The position numbers and the translations under genes are program-made. Source: Hamiltosporidium tvaerminnensis FI-OER-3-3 (lineage: Eukaryota > Fungi > Microsporidia). From it: a stretch of DNA of 64,000 bases. The notes under the pieces were generated by a model. The model was not told the DNA's origin. It saw only the letters and a program-made list of their open reading frames with translations, and made no database searches. The stretch spans positions 310,001-374,000 of the forward strand of contig CM061251.1 in the NCBI GenBank assembly GCA_022605425.2, read 5' to 3'. This document shows, piece after piece, positions 63,540 to 64,000 of this stretch. Numbering within the stretch: position 1 is the first letter of the stretch; every line of letters starts with the position of its first letter.

Positions 63540-64000
63540 GTAATTATAGTTTTCTTCCTTAATACATTTTTTTAAATAGAGTTTTGCATGAGTCTAGGTC
63601 ATAAGCCAAATCTATTTAATACTTCTATTTATTTTTACTACAATATTTTTTAAAATAAATCATTTATCATATAAATACGGTTAAATGTACTTTTATTTCA
63701 TTTTTTTAATCTAAGCCAATGTGTACATTTTATAAAGTTTACATTATAATTCATTTTTAAAAACATTGTATGAATGTAATTCATTGTAATATTATAAATC
63801 TAAAGAAAATCCCCATTTAAAAAAAAATCTTTCATCTTGTAATTGGTTAGGGTTATCAAATAGATACTAAATCAAAACGTAAAAACCATAATGATATATT
63901 TTGATATAAAATTTCATACAAATTTTTTTACATTAAAACAAATTTGGTATATATATTACCGAGCAAATATAACAAGACATGTTAGCAAAAAATTAAGATA

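Overview
Very AT-rich, gene-sparse eukaryotic DNA that looks microsporidian: intronless, divergent housekeeping genes with a CCC motif just upstream of the ATG. The low gene density and repeat load fit a large-genome species such as Hamiltosporidium (inference, not a database result). There are about 8 host genes: Cdc20, a SWIB/BAF60-Snf12 subunit, eIF1A, a TMEM33/Pom33-like protein, a RhoGAP with a one-base frameshift (plus a decayed paralog), and three unknowns. The rest is dominated by mobile DNA: a decayed Ty3/Gypsy element; an intact R4-clade (RT + CCHC + RLE) non-LTR retrotransposon inside a TAGGG-containing 16-bp minisatellite, with five truncated copies; a tRNA-headed SINE; an RTE-derived bipartite mini-element with a pseudoknotted 5' RNA motif; and a hAT/Charlie-like remnant. 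The most notable feature is a ~710-nt non-coding, highly structured element present six times. Two of its copies have clean 12-13 bp target-site duplications (TSDs), and it shares the TAAATAAA 3' end of the R4 element. The best candidate for a new system is therefore an R4-type reverse transcriptase mobilising a long structured non-coding RNA and other passengers. Repeat boundaries were aligned by eye and are approximate unless a TSD is given.
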